Assembly: GCF_009914755.1 (NCBI RefSeq) | Contig: NC_060934.1 | Strand: one strand, 5' to 3' | DNA length: 64,000 bases | From: the human T2T-CHM13v2.0 reference genome, Homo sapiens | In this document: positions 59,748 to 64,000 of the stretch, piece by piece | Numbering within the stretch: position 1 is the stretch's first letter | Layout of the letters: each line of letters opens with the position of its first letter | Made by a program: the position numbers and the translations under genes | The notes under the pieces: model-generated | The model's database searches: none | What the model saw: only the letters and a program-made list of their open reading frames with translations | Told to the model about the DNA's origin: nothing

Positions 59748-59888
59748 AGGTTGGATCAAGAACAAGGCCCTGAGGAGTCTCAGCCAGAAACTGACACCTC
59801 AGACATGGATCCTTTAGTTGGTTTCACCATTGAAGATGTAAAATCAGTGCTGGATCAAGTCACAGATGACATTTTAATCGGCATTCAG
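59748..59888 (+). CDS. CABCOCO1: Next coding exon of CABCOCO1, [47 protein letters not shown]
   Basis: Acceptor ttcaatattctag|AGG, donor CAG|gtactc, 141 nt phase 0-0, acidic peptide continuous with the preceding exon across a 681-nt intron. The terminal exon was not seen in the window. Confidence 0.92.
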
Positions 59889-61740
59889 GTACTCAGTATT
59901 GATAGTATGCTCACTTACTTTATTACTGGTTAATTAGCCAACCTTAACTTTAATGTCTATAAACACTCCCCACACTGCCAGCATGAGCGATGCTTATGAC
60001 GAAGTTCAATTTAACAGCTTCACATAATTCTCAGTTGAGTCATCAGAGATTCAGTAAGATCACAAAATAGATTTTCCAACAGCATCTAGTGTGGTGCATG
60101 TTATCAGTTAAAAAAATCAACAACAAAACCCAAAAAATAACATGGTAAAGGCTTCATATCTTGTCAAACTGTAAATGTTGCTTATGCAAAAGGAATTGGA
60201 ATGCATTTCTGAACGGTAAACACTGAAGATCAAACCTTAATCCTCAGCTAAGTCTTCTCACCAAATTTCTAACAGGCTTTCAGATCTTTGAACTGCCTCT
60301 CAGACAGTTTGTTCCTTTTGACCTATCAGTAATGGCTAAGCAGTTTACACCAATAATTACATGAACATGGTGATGGCAGCAGCCGTATGAATAGCAGCTG
60401 CCAATGATTTATTAACTGGCTTAGGTTTATGCTTAATTCTTTCTCATCTCATTCTGTTCAAAAAACAAACAGCCATTTCTACCTCAACTCAAAGACTTAC
60501 AGGAATTCACATAATTTTTCAGGCCAAATGATTAAATAAGTAAAATGTATATTTTGAGTACATTTGCAATTTATTTAGAAATGGCTATAAATCAGGAGGG
60601 CAACCTAGTGCATATTTAAAATATTAATGCATCTCAGGAGAAGATTTAGTTGTCATCTGAACATGAGACCATATATTAAAAGCCCACTGTATTAACAACT
60701 AATTTAAAAAGAGCAAAAGATTAGCTTGGCATAAGCATACCTTGTTACTTGTTTAATCATCAAATGTTATTGCACTATTTACACGAACATTTAATGATTT
60801 GGTGCCAACAGACTCAGCCAAAGTCCTCAGCTTAATAAGGGGTGTTTAGTGTTTACCAGAAATAGTGGAAGAACACGTTTTACACAAAGCTTTATTGTTA
60901 ACAACTCCATGAATGTAATAACTGGTTATTGTGTAGAAGGGCAGAGAGCAGTTGAATTAAGCTGAGTTCAGAACATATCTCCTTTTTAGATCTGATAACA
61001 TTTCATCTAAATATAGTTTATGTATAATCATGGCTCTGGGCTCCTTTGCAATCCTACAGCTCTGAAATTATTGCCGAGGAACTACCAGACAGTAACTGAA
61101 TTGTTTGCAGGCCCAAAAAATTGAAAACGTCTTTACCAAAGCTGTGTTCCATGCAGTGAACAGTATGTTTTAACTATTCATTGAAATTATTTTAAATATT
61201 ACAGTCTGCAGCATTTATACCCCTATTCTATATGATAGCTATGTGTCTGTATGTTATCTTCCCATTGGCCTGAAGCCATCCTGGAAGTTCAATAGCTTGC
61301 TCACCTAAATGTAATTAGGCATGGAGAGGATGTGGACCAGAGGACAGGGATGCAGAACCGCTAGGTGCCACAATCATTTCCATAGTAAGTGGATTTGTAG
61401 ACATCAGCCTGGGCCAAATTACTGCCAATTTTTCAATGAAATAGCATGATGATGTGGATTTATACAATGGCTCAAGATGGCAAACCCCTTTATGTATTTT
61501 CTATCAGTAATCCTAGTAAACTCCATGTGAGTTAGGCAGGCACTTCCCCTGATAAATTGAAAAATGGGACACAGAAAGACTTAAGTTATTTGTCCAGAGT
61601 TCCCAGGGTTGACAACTGATAAAAGACCCTGAATGGGAGCTGTGACCTGGGTTCTAGTTCTAATTCCAGCGTTATCCACAAAAACCACATAACTTCTAAT
61701 ATCACAACCAGACTACTCTGGATTTTAATACTCCCGTGGT

Positions 61741-61936
61741 GTGGCACTTTTTCCACGTTTACCCTTGTGTCTTGGTCAAATTCCTAGTTGGGTAATTACT
61801 CTCTGCTTACCTAAATTCCTCCTCCTATTTTAGATGTGTAGGTTATTTTCCACTTCTAAAACCTGCCTTCCAGTGTTCCTGGCTCTAAGAACTGCCATAT
61901 CCCTTTTCAAAGGTAGCTATGTGTCAGTGGTCAGTG
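61741..61936 (+). mobile_element. AmnSINE1-like Deu-domain relic
   Basis: tggcacttttt...gtgtcttggtcaaattcc..ttgggtaattac..tctgcttacctaaattcc...tcagtggt matches the recalled AmnSINE1 core. Confidence 0.7.
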
Positions 61937-62245
61937 TATATATGCTATTTGAACACACCGACCTGCTGTAGGAATATTTAATGAATCACTACTCGTAAGA
62001 TGTTTTAAATTTTCTCACAGATTTTTTTCTCCTACTTTGTTTAAAAGTCATACTGTTATTACAATTTTTGCAAAAAAAAGGCAGTAAATAATTCATGTTT
62101 TAAGTACAGTTGTTTTCAAAATTCCTTTTCTATGTGGTTTCAGGCATATTTTACCTTCTCTAATACAGAAATTTCTGAAAATGTAGTATGAATCCATAAG
62201 CTTTTTATGTTAATTCACTTATTTTCCCATTGACTCACTTTATGG

Positions 62246-62428
62246 TTTTAGAGATTTATTAAGAATGAAGTTATCTTGGCCCTGAGATGTTAATTAAAAT
62301 TATACTGAATAGAGCAAACATTTTAAGCCTGTATAGTTTAGGTATTTTAATTTTAAAGATACATTCAAAATGAAATTATTTTGGCCCTGAGTCGTGTAAT
62401 AAAAATTATACCCAAGGGAGCAAACTTA
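62246..62428. repeat. Diverged tandem duplication, period 105 bp
   Basis: aatgaa(g/a)ttat(c/t)ttggccctgag...aaaattatac...gagcaaac occurs twice. Confidence 0.85.
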
Positions 62429-64000
62429 AATATATTTAAAGAATTACATTTCAGAGAAATATGAATGCTAACACTAAATTCTTACATTACATGTTGGCTG
62501 TTGGCCCTGTGGAAGCAATAGGGTAATATAATATAAAAACTTTGAGGGAAGTTTGCCATCTTGGGACCCTAGATGTTTTTAGGTCAACTTGAATTTTCCA
62601 GGTTAGAAAAGCTGAGCATGAGATCATCTCAAAGAAGTGGTCAATGAGAGACTACTGAACATATTTTTTTTCCTTAAAAAAAAAAAAAAGAACCAGACCC
62701 AACCATAGTATTTGCAGGATTGCTTGTCTGTTCAGCAAAGTTCTGAAGAATGACAAGGAAACACGGCTAATGACAGCCTGTTATTGACTAGACGTGGAGC
62801 CTTTAGATCCAAACTCTGCTGGTTGTGACTGAACTAAAGTACTAAGCCTAAGGTCTGGAGATCTGAGACATTACTCACCTCTGTCAGTATGCCACTCTCT
62901 TAGCTGCCCCTTCATGAACCTTTTCCCAAGGCCTACACTTGTTTTGATAAATTCTGTCTCGGTAAAATACCAGAAAGGCCTCCAAGTGAATGTAAAATCC
63001 CTATGTGGTAGTGAAACAGAAACTGGTAGATGATAAGCACATCAATCCTTAGCTGAAAAGAAATGAGATTACTGGTGGGCATAGAGGGACATTAATTGAA
63101 AGTGGGAAGAATCGATTGTTTGAGTGGCGCAATTCTTCCCAATCCTTTGAAATTGTGGTAAAATTATTTCAAACCATTTTAATCCCTATGTGGTCCAATA
63201 TGTTGTATCCCATAAATTTATTTTAATAAGGCAGGAGTAACAGATTTTTAAGTATTTCATGACATCATAACAATGAAAGATAACATTGGTGAAGTATATC
63301 ACAAAATTGGAAGTTGGAATTATGAATTCAAAAACTAAAGTTTGATATTAACATAATCCTATTCCCCTACTTAATTTTTAAGGTAAGAGCTAAAATCCAG
63401 GTGGTGAAATGACTTACCTAAGGTGACGTAGCTGAACTAGTACCTAGATCTTCCCAGTCCAAGATCAGTGCTTCTTTCGACCCTACCTAAAATCATGCAT
63501 AGATGATGATTTCTTTAGAGTCAGTGCATCCTAAAGGAAGAGTTCCTCTGTGACCTGGAGGACCGCTCCATCCCTCCTTGCCTCCTCCACCCAACCACCA
63601 AGAAAGGAAAAGATAAGAAACCAGAGGCCGGAGCTTGATCCCAAGGTTTACTAAAGCTTGAACCAGAAAAGACTGATACTTATGTGAGTTCTGAACCCAG
63701 AATTGTTGGCACACATACGATCTTTCCAGAAATATCAAATCTTACTGTGAGGTGAAATCAAATCTCATCAGATAAGGCAGCATGGACATGTCACAACTAT
63801 CTGTTATAGTTACACTCTTGTAAATAAATATGAAAAATTATATCTGGGCTTAAAACAGTATTTGATTTTTTTAAATGTCTTCTATCTAAATTAAAATAAT
63901 AAAAGGTTTGCAAAGTACAGTTACCCTGAAGCCCTCAAATAATGTTATAGCTATTAGAAATCCAAACTTTGAATTTATTAACACATATGTGTATAAGCTA

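Noticed and set aside
61358-61372. Second CTCF-like motif CCGCTAGGTGCCAC
   Set aside because: Mismatch in the near-invariant GGC core.

Overview
AT-rich primate (most likely human) genomic DNA. Two phase-0 coding exons on the + strand (58944-59066, 59748-59888) match my recollection of the C-terminal part of CABCOCO1/C10orf107 (ciliary-associated calcium-binding coiled-coil 1). Positions 1-58943 are therefore one very large intron and 59889-64000 a later intron. The intron is dense in repeats (7 Alus, several L1s of different ages, MaLR/ERVL LTRs, L2/MIR, hAT fossils). The main unexpected result is a chain of about 14 minus-strand exon-like segments between 55428 and 26911, all in non-repeat DNA. 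Most have strong AG/GT signals and phase-compatible junctions, and they join into a ~496-codon reading frame broken by ~12 stops, with a terminal stop and AATAAA. This is a candidate dead (unitary pseudo)gene nested antisense in the CABCOCO1 intron; the model was built by hand and needs comparative confirmation. Also notable: a complex L1PA insertion with a duplicated 3' tip, inverted target DNA and a 3' transduction; a twin-primed L1 with a second transduction; a doubly truncated L1 with a host deletion; two AmnSINE1-like relics flanking the exons; an old 300-bp tandem duplication that preserves TF-like motifs; and a phased forkhead-site trimer. Repeat subfamily names are from recalled consensus sequences and their boundaries are approximate.
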